Assembly (NCBI GenBank): GCA_043228905.1
Contig: JBHGNT010000004.1
Coordinates: forward strand, 8,432,001-8,496,000
DNA: 64,000 nt
From: Azolla caroliniana
Taxonomy: Eukaryota; Plantae; Polypodiophyta
Direction of reading: 5' to 3'
Shown here in pieces: positions 23,596 to 35,712 of this stretch (positions are counted from its first letter, which is position 1; every line of letters starts with the position of its first letter). The translations under genes and the position numbers were made by a program. The notes under the pieces were generated by a model, which did no database searches, had not been told where the DNA came from, and saw only the letters and a program-made list of their open reading frames with translations.

Positions 23596-25134
23596 CTACG
23601 CAACCAACTTCCCAACGACGATTCCGGCAAACACGATTGCGCCGAACCATTGGTTGGAAACAAATCTGAAACAAAGGGACATCCAAAGTTAGGAAGAAGA
23701 AGTTAGTGCTCAAGACTACCATTATCCAATTCCTCTACAAAAAAAAAGAGAAGATATAGACGTATAGACAAACTGAGAAGTTACTTACTTCGAGTTACAA
23801 TCAACAGGATTATTGATGTCAACAGTTGCTATTTGCCAATATAGATGGATGGCCGCAACCAAGGTGCTACAATAGAAAGGCCATCCTCCTATTTGATTGT
23901 AATTATCCACAACGAATTGATTAGTCTCAGCTCAATGAATATATTAGTGATTAACACGAATTCGATTGTTCCTCACACAATGCTGAAAGGCAGAAAAAAT
24001 ACAATGAGAAATTAGATGGATACCTAGGCCATTAATGTATCCTGCTAATAGGAGTGAACCAATGGTGATAGCTGCAAAACCTGTAAGCCATGATTGTGTC
24101 CCATCTCCAAAATATAAAGCTGTGGATTTCACACCCACTTTGACATCATCACTCTTGTCCTGAATGATCATCATCATAACATTCCAAATAAAAAAGGCTT
24201 CACTATCTATTCATACATCACAAGATTGAATGTAAATAATAATAATCTTTATAGGAATAATCATATTAATAACATTGAAAAGGACCAACCTGATGCGCAT
24301 AGATTGTGTCGTATACTAAAGTCCAGCAAATACAAGCAAGGTAAAGTGGGGCAATTGCAGGAATCTGGATGCTCCCTTTCAATGCAGCCCAGCCTAGTAG
24401 AGCACCCCAATTTATTGTCAAACCCAGGAATGCTTGAGGCTGCACCCACATACTTTGTCATAAGTTGTTGTAAGCTCTGTTTCATCGGTATTATAGAAAA
24501 CTATGACTATCTTGAACAATCTCCAACTCTTGGAGAAGGATAGCCATACATATTAAACCAAAAGATTTCCTTTCAATTAAGCCCCACATTTATGATATAT
24601 TTTATACTCAGATGTAACACAACGGATATACCGAGACACAAATAAACGAGACAAGCAACACACAATTTTACGTGGAAAACCTGGATTCCAGGGAAAAACC
24701 ACGGTGAGCAAAGATTTCCACTATGAGACAGAGAAAAATACAATCATAGAATGATAGAACCTGATTGAGTATGAATGTACTCCCAGGTTGTTGTCTGAAA
24801 CCACAGTTTCAACCGAGGGTTGTTTCCCTTTTTTGAAGCTTTCAACGCTTCTATGTTCTATCTCTCTTCTCTTCTCTATTTCACCCTTCTTCTCTAGTTT
24901 CCTCACACACTCAGGTGTAGAGCTATGTCTCTCTCTCTCACACACTTTCACAACCACCACTGTGTTAGCACACACTTCTATTCTTCTTCGTTGCGTCGCG
25001 TTTTCTCACTAGCGCGCTCACTTACAAATAAAGTTCACTCTCACTCATCTCTCACAGTTTTTACTCTCTGTAAGTTATCCCACATACATATGCAACTAAT
25101 ACAACTATATCTATATATACTAACCTAACTCACA

Positions 25135-25169
<35 letters not shown>

Positions 25170-28100
25170 GTTCAAACTTCCATTTGTTTTCGGCTTTTTG
25201 GCCAATTTCGGTGAGCCGACTCATTTCGACTTCTCGGCCAATTTCAGCTTTTCAGCCAACTCCCCCATAAGGAGGGAGAACCTTATATAACAAACTCCCC
25301 CTTCAGTCCTGTAGGGGTGCAGTCAACCAAACCAGTCCTTCGCCGACACGTAACGAGTTTCTCCATAGATAAGATTTTGGTAAGCATGTCTGATCCATTT
25401 TCGTTAGTATGGATCTTCGTTAAGACAAACTCATTTTCTTCCACTCTCTATCACAACCAATGATACCTTCTTTGAATGTGCTTTGCACGTGAATGATAGC
25501 CAACATTCTTAGCGAGATGTATAGCACTCTGATTATCACAATGAAGCAGAAGTTTTTCTTGCTACATTCCTAGTTCACTTAGGAAATATCTCATCCAAAT
25601 CAATTCTTTTCTGGCTTCTAATACAACCATATATTCAGCCTCTCTAGTTGACAAAGCTACAACCTTTTGCAATCTTGATTGCCATGAACACAACTCCCCT
25701 TGAATAAGTCATCACATACCTTGATGTGGATTGGCTAGAATCTACATCACCCAACATATCAGAATCTGTTAAACCTTCGAGCATAGGTTTCCTAGAGCCA
25801 TATCTAAGGCATACACTTGAAGTACCTTTGAGGTATTTGAGTATCCACTTTACGGCTGCCCAATGTTCCTTTCCAGGATTACTCATGTAGCGACTAAGTG
25901 TCCCAACAGTGAATGCAATGTCCAGCCTCCTGCAGACCATAACATACAATAGGCTCCCGACAGCCCAAGCATACGGCACCCTCCTCATCTTTACCTTATC
26001 TTTATCAGTTTCCGGACAGTGTCCCGAGTTTAGCTTACAATTCACTGGCAATGGAGATCCAATAGATTTTGCATTATACATATTAAACCTTTGCAAAACC
26101 TTCGTCACATATTTCTCTTGTGACTGGGTTCTGGTCTACAACAACAACCTCGACAACCAGCACAAGGAGATGCGGAAGTTTGCAAGGAGGTGGTTCGGGC
26201 CTTATCCAGTGACAAGGGCCAACGACAACAGCACCTACCACCTCGCGGAGCTCGACGGAACGAGTATAGATGTGCTAGTGGCTGGGAAAAGGATCGAGGT
26301 GTTCAAGAAGCTGAACGAGGACGAACCGGACCCAGAGGGCATGGATGGTGAGGATGAATGACCGGTTCGAAGCAAGTGACGAACTGGAGAGCGAAAGGTA
26401 ATCGCGGGCCGGTCCTCTCCTACAGAAGTCTATTCTGGCGTATACCGGAGGATGCACGGTTAGGTGGGGGCGGATGTTGTGGAGGAAACCATCCCTAGGA
26501 GGAATCGGCGGATGGTGTGCGTGAACCGGCCCTTACTCACGGGCACATGTTTTGATATATTTACATACATAGTTAAGTATAGGCCGGCGATGTCATTATC
26601 CTAGGTAGCACTAATTCATTAAGTAGGGGATTGAAGAGGATCTCTATCGGAAAGAACGAAGAATAACAATGATTTAATAGTCTGTAAACGGCTCTCTTGG
26701 TGCTATAAAAGGAGAGGAAAAGGGCATGAGTAGGGATCGCGCATTTCTGAGAGGACGAGTTGCTGTGGAACTGGGAACCGAGCTCTCTCCTCCACCATCG
26801 TTGTTGTTTCTGCAGGGATTTGGGTTAAGTTGGTTGCCTCTGTTGCGTGAAAGCCCGCGTGCTTCCGGTAGAGGCTCCACTACGAATTTCAGTGCGCGTG
26901 TTCGTCTGTGTTGAGTCTATCACCGGCTTGCTGGTTGTAACATTGCAAGATCTGTAATCTATACTGTTATTGGAATTGATTCTTTCGTTTCTATCTCTTT
27001 GTGTTTCTGCGAATCTCTCTCTTCCTCTCATCTCTCACTCTCTCACCTTATTTCATACGCGAGAGCGTAATACCGTGATAGTGGGCCTTATACTTAAGTG
27101 TATTTCCATTTTCTCCAACATTTAATTTGTAGACCCATTTGTTTCTAAGTGCCTTCTTTTCATCAGGCAACTCCATTAGCTCATAGGTATGGTTCTCATG
27201 CCATGAATCCATTTCCTCTTGCATGGCATTATACCACTTCCCATTGTGTACATCAGTCATGGCCTCTTCATAGCATTCTGGTTCCCCTACATCAGTCAAG
27301 AGAATATATTGATTGGCTGGATACCGAGAGGAGGCCCTCCTTTGTCTTAGGGGATATCTTCTTCCTTCAATAACCGACTTAGATTCGCTTTCTTCTGCTA
27401 GCTCATATTCCGACTTAGATTCGTGTGCATCAGTTTGTTGTTGTGTGTCGGCCGACTCAGATTCGGCTTCATCAGCCGGCTGTTGTCTGATGACTGGTTG
27501 TGTGGGAGTGGGATCGACTAGTGTCGACTCCATAACAGTAGTCAACTAGGAAGAAGACTCTGGTCTTTGTTGTTTCTAGTCTTCAATTGTCTTGTCTTCC
27601 ATGAATATAACATCATGACTTCTTATCACCTTCTTATCAAGGAGATCCCACATCCTAAACCTGAATTCATCTTCTGAGTACCCCAAGAATATGCCATGGT
27701 TGGACTTGTTGTCCAACTTTGACCTTTGATCTTTAGCAACATGTACATAGGCCAAGCATCCAAACACCCTAAATGCTGGTAGGACACACTCCTTCCTGTC
27801 CATATTTGCTTCGTCTCGGCACAATTTTGCATCCATTACATACAATGTGTTCTGTTTTCGAGCTCGAGCCACAATTAGGCTCCCTTTATAGAACTTCCAT
27901 GTACCACTACGAAAACCACCATTGTAGCCTTCATCGTCTAGCTGTCTAACGATATCAAATTCAATCTTATATCCGGAACATGACGTACATCTCTCAACAT
28001 TAACCTGCAACCAGTAGATGTTAACAAGCACAAATTTCCTATGCCCACAATCTTGCATTCACCGTCATTTCCCATCCTTACGTAGCCATAGTCACCAGTT

Positions 28101-30906
28101 GTGTAAGATGAGAAACATTCTCTTTTGGGAGTTAGATGGAACAATGCACCGGAGTCCACTACCCAAGAGCACTCAACATTTGCAAGGTTTACACTACCTT
28201 GTTCACAAACAAATAACATCTCTTCTTCACTAGTTGCAATGGTTGAAGTGTTTTTATCATCAGAAATTTTTCTAGGTTTAATCTCATCAGCCATGCCTTT
28301 GTCCTTCCTAAGGTGTCGACAATTCTTTTGGAAGTGACTAGGCTTCCTACAATAGAAGCATGTAGGTCTTCCTCTAGATTTCGACCTTGCATACGCCTTA
28401 TCTCTATTTTCACGACTTCTGTGTTTGCTTCTTCCTCTACTAAGTTCTTGGGTCACATTAGCTTTTGATTGAGACAAGGCACTTTTATCCTTTCTTCTTG
28501 TCTCTTCGTTTAGAATACTTGTAAAGATAGGTTGTCTTCTTTACATGAGGTACTATGTGTCACTATTAGGGTTTCCCAACTATCTAGTGGAGTACATAGT
28601 AGTAGTGTGGCACTACATAGCATCATCTAATGGGAACTTCGTTGATGTTAAGTGGTTTACCAGACCCATGAAAGTACTAATGTGCTCTACGATGCTCTCC
28701 CCATCTACATACTTTAGTCTCACTATTTTTGAACTCATTAGGGAAGTTTTAGTTAAGGTGTTTTTCCTTTCATAAAGGGCAGAGAGTTTATGAGGTACTA
28801 TGTGTCACTATTAGGGTTTCCCAACTATCTAGTGGAGTACATAGTAGTGTGGCACTACATAGCATCATCTAATGGGAACTTCGTTGATGTTAAGTGGTTT
28901 ACCAGACCCATGAAAGTACTAATGTGCTCTACGATGCTCTCCCCATCTACATACTTTAGTCTCACTATTTTTGAACTCATTAGGGAAGTTTTAGTTAAGG
29001 TGTTTTTTCTTTCATAAAGGGCAGAGAGTTTATGCCATAACTCGTAGGCATTTGTGTCACTAGCTACATGTTGTAGGACGCTAATGTCCACACACTGTCT
29101 TATAATTGCAACTGCCTTTCTATGTCGAGTTTTCCACTCAAATTCTATTACCCTCACTGGTATATCCTTCCTTTCTATGGGCTCATACAGATCTTTGACT
29201 ATTAGAAGATCTTCCATTTTAATCTTCTAGTTTGAGTATTTTTGTGAGTTCAAGACAATCATCTCGGAAAGGCACTCACACTCCCTTCCATCTAGAACCT
29301 AGGCTCTGATACCAGTTTGATATATTTTGTACTCAGTCGTAACACAATGGATATATCGAGAAACAAATAAATGAGACAAGCAACACATGATTTTACGTGG
29401 AAAACCCTAATTCCAGTGAAAAAGCACTGTGAACAAAGATTTCCACTATGAGACAGAGAAAAATACAAGCATAAAATGATAAAACTTGATTGAGTATGAA
29501 TGTACTTCTAGGTTGTTGTCCGAAACCGCAGTTTCAGGCGAGAACTGTTTCCCTCATTCGAAGCTTTCAGCGCTTCTCTGTGCTATCTCTCTTCTCTTCT
29601 CTATTTCACCCTTCTTCTCTACCTTCCTCGCACACGCAAGTGAAGAGCTATGTCTCTCTCTCTCTCACTCACTTTCACCGCCACCAATGTGTTCACACAC
29701 ACTTTTGTTCTTCTTCATTGCGTTGTGTTTTCTAACTCGCACGCTCACTTTGATATAAAGTTCACTCTCACGAGCTTCTCTCATAGTTTTTACTCTCTGT
29801 AAGTTATTGTGCATACATATGTAGCTAATACGACTCTATCTATATATACTAACCTAACTCACACTTATATATATTTATATATATTCATCCATTCGTTTTC
29901 GGCTTTTCGGCTGATTTCAGCCAGCTAACTCTCGTTTCAGCTTTTCGATCGATTTCGGCCAGCCGACTCTCGTTTCGGCTTTTCGGCTAATTTCAGCCAA
30001 CCAACTCATTTCGACAACCGTACATAACAGTTCGCTTTAGAATTTATTCACCAAAACCTGTAGTCATGAAAGATCATCCAAATATCGTCTATTAATTGCC
30101 ATACCCAATAAGTGAATCGCTTAAAGAGAGGATAAGCTCCCACAAATAAGAGATTTGCTGCGCCCAAAATTTGACTGAAAAAAACACAAAGATGACATTT
30201 AGATCTCCAACTTGATCAAAATTAATTGGTAACACAAAAAAGAAGAACCGATATGATTCGTGTATGTTTTTTCACATCAAATAAATATAAAAATGATCTC
30301 GAAACTATTACTAAATTTTCATGCATTCCTATCTATCTCCCTTTCTCTCTTTTGGTGAAAACACACAATTATATTAATAAATGTGTGCGAAAAACACTAC
30401 TTACAATTGATAGTTTTTAGTTTTTTTGCATATGGGATTAACTTTAAAGTGTCGTGAACTAACAACGGGTAATTGCTTCTTTTGCACTATTCAAATGGAA
30501 GATAGTATGCATTGATTTATACAATGTCCGATTGCTTTTCAAATTTGGAGTTACATTTCTCAAATTTGGCAAGTTTTATCACGGTGTTATTCGACACCTG
30601 ATAATGGGTGTTTGCATAATTTACACAGATTGACCCAAAATTAGAGATGGAGATCGTTTTTCTATTTCTAAGATATTGGGGATTGCATCATAATTGAAAC
30701 ATGTGCAACGTTTTGTATTCGATGGTAGACATGGAGTGTAAGTATATCTACAAAAGTTGAAGGGAGTACTAATGTGGTAATTTTTTTATTGGAGCAAGTG
30801 GAAATTCTTTACTCAGTAGAGTGTTCGTCTTGCCTATTGGTAATTCAACATGTTCCACTACCCATGTGGTGTAATTAGTAGGTAACCATACTCCATTCTC
30901 TCTCTC

Positions 30907-30949
<43 letters not shown>

Positions 30950-32344
30950 TGTATATCGTTAATGTCTAAGTTATATAGTTGAATAGTTGCATGAAACCTA
31001 CTAACCTGAACTCATTGAATTGCAAAAGGATTCCTCGATGTAACAATAATTGAATGGCAAGGAAGCACAGACCTTGGAATGGTGTAACAACCCCAGAAGC
31101 AATGGGTCGCGATTTCGTTCTCTCCACCTACATACAATCGAGTTTCGAAAATATAAGTCGATGATTAAAGTCTTCAGCCCTATATAATTTTGTTGATGAG
31201 CACAAAGGATCCAAATGATAAACAAATATGATGTCACCTGGCGATCATAATCTCGATCTAAGAGATCGTTAATAGTACAACCAGCACCTCGCAAAATGAT
31301 AGAAGCCACTCCAAACAATGCAAGGGCATAGAAGTCCGGAAGACTTCCATTTGGTGCAGCTAGTGCAATCGACCTGATATACATACATACATACATATAT
31401 ATGTGTGTGTGTGTGTGTGCGCGCGTGCGCGCGCGCGTGTGTGTATAAAGACCATGGATTGATTTTAAAGTCATTCGGAATCTTGTCCAAACCAAATCTA
31501 ACGTTTCAGGAAGCATAGTCATGGCATGTATAAAAGGACACATGCTACAGATATGTTTAGTTAGAACCTTTTGCCTTTAGTTTGATGTGGGTTTGGTGGT
31601 TTCCAAGTATGTAATGGAAAAGGATTGATTTATATAAAATTGATATGATGATTGATTTTCAAGGGAAGTCTGTGATCTGTATAAAGGCAAGGATCATCAA
31701 AACCAATTCACATGCTTTTCATGTGTATATGATAATGGATCGGTGATCTATCTAATATACCCAAATTCTGCCTTTTCTATAAATGGGAATAATTTGGTTG
31801 GAGTGATTCACAAAAGGAGGTGTCCAGTGAATGGTTTCTATACCTTGTGATGAATTGACCTAAAAGCGGATCGGTGTCTCATAATCATTAAGAAATTAAG
31901 TGATTTGGGGGAGGGGGGGAAGGAGGAGGAACCAAGAAACACAGTTTACCAGGCATAGGGCCAAGCAAGTAGCCAGGTGCCGATAGGTTTATCAAGCCGA
32001 GCCAACAGAGCGAAAGGCCGGATGGGCGCAGGAAGAAAAGTTTCGATCCACGAAGAAGAAGCAGGAGTTGGATGAGTAGGAGGGAGAATGGCAGGTGAGG
32101 AATCGCCTGCGGCACATGCTCGTGTGCGTCCCAAGGATGGACGGGGATGGGGACGGGGACCGGAACCGGCACACATGCGGCCGAGATGGGGAAGGACGCG
32201 CGAAGAAGAGGAGGAATGGAGGAGGAGGAGGAGGGAAGAGATGGAAGGATTTGGGGAGGATTTGGCGAGGATATTGCGAGGCTGAGGAGGAGGAGGAAGA
32301 GTAGGTTTGAGGAAGTGAGGCATTATCATAATATTTGCGGCCAT
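23596..32344 (-). CDS. COQ2: 4-hydroxybenzoate polyprenyltransferase (UbiA family, COQ2/PPT1-like), 8 exons, ~392 aa with organellar-type N-terminal extension
   Basis: Exons 32344-31950, 31373-31238, 31127-31006, 30174-30105, 24439-24290, 24159-24024, 23888-23789, 23665-23596. All introns are GT-AG, phases are compatible and there are no internal stops. Motifs [60 protein letters not shown]. Confidence 0.95.
26120..27080 (+). mobile_element. Gypsy 3' fragment (integrase C-terminus, PPT, LTR 26475-~27080) nested in the intronic copia
   Basis: DWVLVYN...RRWFGPY...YHLAELDG. G-rich PPT at 26460-26474. LTR start is similar to the one at 49386. Confidence 0.78.
28545..29032. repeat. ~245-bp tandem duplication in copia gag
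   Basis: 28545-28789 matches 28790-29032 apart from a 3-nt indel and a few substitutions. Confidence 0.9.
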
Positions 32345-32362
32345 GGAAGCTAACTTCAGGCA

Positions 32363-32363
32363 A

Positions 32364-32409
<46 letters not shown>

Positions 32410-32410
32410 T
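32363..32410. repeat. (TAG)n microsatellite just 5' of the COQ2 start codon
   Basis: About 15 perfect TAG units, ~20 nt upstream of the ATG at 32344. Confidence 0.95.
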
Positions 32411-33359
32411 ATGGTTAGTAGTTATGGTTAGCACTAGCAGCACCAGTAGCTAGTTGTAGTTAGTAGAAGGAGAAGAACAAGAAGCAAAGAAACGTGGATG
32501 GCTTGACTTAATGCTAAAATGCACAAGTCATTCATGGAATAATAAATACATTTTATTCTTGTTGTCATCTTGACTCTTTTTCTTTTTTTATTCCAAAAAA
32601 ACGTCATCTTGACCCTTAACATGACAGTTGCGTGCAAATGAATAATATACATAGTGAATAATATACATAATACTATTGACCGACATTGGGGCCAGTCCGC
32701 AATACCAATAAACCTTTTTGCCCTTTTCTTTTAAGTTGTTAGACTTTCACTTTGGGCTAAAAAGTTCTTAAAAATGTTCACCTTTCTTAAAAGTTGCTAG
32801 ATTTCTTAGAATGTGAAACATGTGCAATGTGTGGCAACCAAATACTAAACTACACCACCAGTGTTGGGCAAAGTCCCAGGAATAGTGTCAGCGTTCCGGT
32901 TGGGTTGGGACATTTGCTGGCCAAGGTAGGGGGGAGCCGGAACTGATTCCGGCTAGAATTTCCCAAAAATCGGAATCTAGTTGGTTCATATTTTCGTAAC
33001 TGGCTATTTATGCATTTTTTAAAAAGAATAATGTTTTAAAAAAACGATTTTCTCTCTTTCCCCCTCTTTCAGTGTATTTTTTTCCATGTTTTCCCCCTTT
33101 TGCCCCACACTCGAATCCCTCTTTCTCCTCTTTTCCCTCTCTTTTCCTGTGTGTCTGTAATATGTATTATCTCTTCTCGATTTCCTGTGCCTTTGAGTCG
33201 AAATGGAGTGCACCAACACCCACATGCACTTTCTCTGTAAGTTTCAAATGGATGTAACTTTTTATCTCGGGCCCTTTGATGACATTAATATTTCGTTCAC
33301 TTTCATTTCTATCTGTCTCACACAATGTCGATAACGTGAAACCACCCATGATTGTGATA

Positions 33360-33960
33360 ATAATATATATTGGTATGATGTTGAAGATATAAAAACCTTG
33401 GGAGATGGCAATATTGCTTATGCATCTGTAAAATAAAAATTTGAGGATAAAATTGATCTAATAATACACATGTTGAAATGCTTTCTTATTATCCTAGAGT
33501 TTTTGAACAATAAGATCTCGCTAAGTTCGCTAAGTTGCTGACAAATAAAGGTTGAGATTATCGATTTTGCCAAGTTCATACTCTGGATTGGAGTTGAGGT
33601 ATTGTATGAGGCCATCCACAACTAATATCCTATGAGGGTGAGATTATAGATTTCTCTAAGCTTATATTCTGGATTAGAGTTGAGGTGTTGTATGAGGTCA
33701 TCCACAACTAATATCCTATGTATTTCCATGAATTTCTTCACACATAGTGCCTTAAAATTATTAAAGGACGGCTCAAGTTTTTAATATAATGGACCGATGG
33801 TCACTAATTTAGGTTTATATGCCTCTGGCTTCACTTCCACAATGCTTGGGGAGGCTTCAATCTTCCAATTTTTATTGAACATAGGTGCATCATCAACATC
33901 CAGATTGATCTTCTTCTTCATGGTGGAGTGGTTTCGTGAGGAAACGGAAAGGAGTGTTCG
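33360..33960 (-). pseudogene. Captured DUF247 (UPF0481)-like N-terminal fragment
   Basis: IEASPSIVEVKPEAYKPKLVTIGPLY resembles the DUF247 AYxPxxVSIGPxH motif. It is followed by a stop and an internal duplication (33583-33722). Confidence 0.65.
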
Positions 33961-33984
33961 ACCCAATAATACGACTACATGGCC

Positions 33985-34013
33985 AAGAAGAAGAAGAAGA
34001 AGAAGAAGAAGAA

Positions 34014-34046
<33 letters not shown>

Positions 34047-34058
34047 AATGATGATGAA
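33985..34058. repeat. Compound (AAG)n(GAT)n microsatellite
   Basis: Read directly from the sequence. Confidence 0.95.
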
Positions 34059-34374
34059 GGAGATGTCATAAATTATTACAATTCCAAATGATAAACCTGA
34101 TCATCTAGCCCCCAACTTCACCAAAGAAGAAGAGATGGGTATGAATACTAGATTCATCTTCAGTGAACCTGATCGTCTTTTCCGTTGAATTCTTCGATTC
34201 TAATTAATCGACTCTTGTATGCTTCTTGATTTTTAGTGGACCCAAAGTTATTAGTGTGTCCCTTTCCTTTTCTGCGAACCGAACAATGATTGATCACAAC
34301 ATCGATTACAGTTATGTGATTCGCTGCCGAGTGAATTACCATGCTCAAGTAGGTTCACTAAAGATGTGGAAACA

Positions 34375-35712
34375 ATGAGTCAGGTATTAGTTGAAAGGTT
34401 GAGGCAAAAAAGTAATCAATATATCGCACATCATTTGAGGTACAACACTCTTTGATTTTCCAGATCATGGCAAGATTGAAAATTTGCATTTCAACATCTG
34501 ATGATGTGTTTGGGTGACCATAGGTTTGAATCTAACATGCTTGCATTCTGTGGTTGCTATTATGGAGGTGGGGATAAGGAAAGAAGAGAGTCAGGGTTGC
34601 TGCGGAAATGGTGGAAGACCCTTCATGTAATCAATGATAATATTTTATGGGTCCTATATATTTCATGTACCAGAAGTTTGCACTTAAGATCTCCATGTTA
34701 TTTGACTATTCTATTGTCAGCATTGGAACCCTGAAAAAGAGAGGAGAAACAGAAAATGCCCCCTGACCCCAGAAGAAGTGGAGATCATGCTCAAAGCATT
34801 AGGTTTTGGAAGTGATTGCCACCTATATGTTGCTTCAGGGGAAGTATATGGTGGGGGACACACTGGCTCCTCTTAAACAAATATTTCCAAACTATCACAC
34901 AAAGCATACATTAGCATTTGAAGGAGACTTGGAGCATTTTGCTCCATTTTCCTCATGTATGGCAACAATTGATTTTATTTGCCGATGAAAGCAATGTATT
35001 TATAGCCAATAATAATGGAAATATGGCGCGTATCCTCACAAGGCGTAGGTAGTATTCTTTGTTATTGCATTCACTTAACTATACGACTTGATTTTATTTA
35101 TGTTTCATCTATGCTAAGATTGTAATGGTTTGAATAGATTTTGGTTCCTTCTTGTTTGTTTATGTGTCAACTTGGTTCTACATGCACTATTTTGACCATA
35201 AACGCACCATAAGGCCCAATGCAAAAAAGTTGGGCAGTCTTTTCCTTTCAAAGCCTAATATGACGTGGGAAGCATTTGCTTTGAAGTTGCAAAGAGTCCA
35301 AAGAGGCTTCATGGGTGAACCTAATGAAATGAAGCCTGGCAGGGGACAATTTTTCGAAAATCCCTTGGCCTGTATTTGTGAGAATGTTGAAACAAAAGTG
35401 AAACTAAAATTACTTCAACAGTAGGAAGAAGAACTCTTGCATATTCAAGAATTGCAAGAAGATGAGATGTTAAAGAGCCAAGAACAACTAATAGGTGTAA
35501 GTGAACTTGAAGACAATGTTGACCAAGATGCAAAATTATCCTGATTTGGAAGATATAACATTAATGCAGCAAGAAGACATGCAAGAGGAAGATAACTTAC
35601 TTGAAAGATCTGAGGGCATAGAGGCAGACAACCTTTCACTGTTGTCTGACTAATCCATGGCAACAACTTAATAGCTTAATGATCCTGATTTGGAGGAAAT
35701 GGAAGTAGAGAT
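34375..35712 (+). pseudogene. Captured 3' half of a plant O-fucosyltransferase-family (DUF246/GT106) gene with introns
   Basis: YIAHHLR|FESNMLAFCGCYYGGG, CPLTPEE, YVASGEVYG, NNNGNMARIL, HKRTIRPNAKKL, FMGEPNE, FFENPLACIC. Introns at ~34440-34522, ~34627-34720, ~35049-35180. Frameshifts and stops are present. Confidence 0.88.

Larger units (their letters stand above)
24593..30029 (-). mobile_element. Degraded copia element in COQ2 intron 4 (3' LTR 24593-25292, 5' LTR 29318-30029, PBS 29304-29314)
   Basis: Two diverged LTRs (TGATATATTTT...TAACA), PPT at ~25293-25303, and gag/PR/IN/RT/RH fragments with deletions. TSD is decayed (ATTTA/GTTCG). Confidence 0.88.

Noticed and set aside
32345-32443. 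Poly-tyrosine N-terminal extension of ORF 31946-32443
   Set aside because: It is translation of a (TAG)n microsatellite from a non-ATG start. The first ATG at 32344 is in good context.
34375-35712. Functional O-fucosyltransferase gene
   Set aside because: The 5' half is missing, it has frameshifts and stops, and it lies inside TIRs with a TSD.
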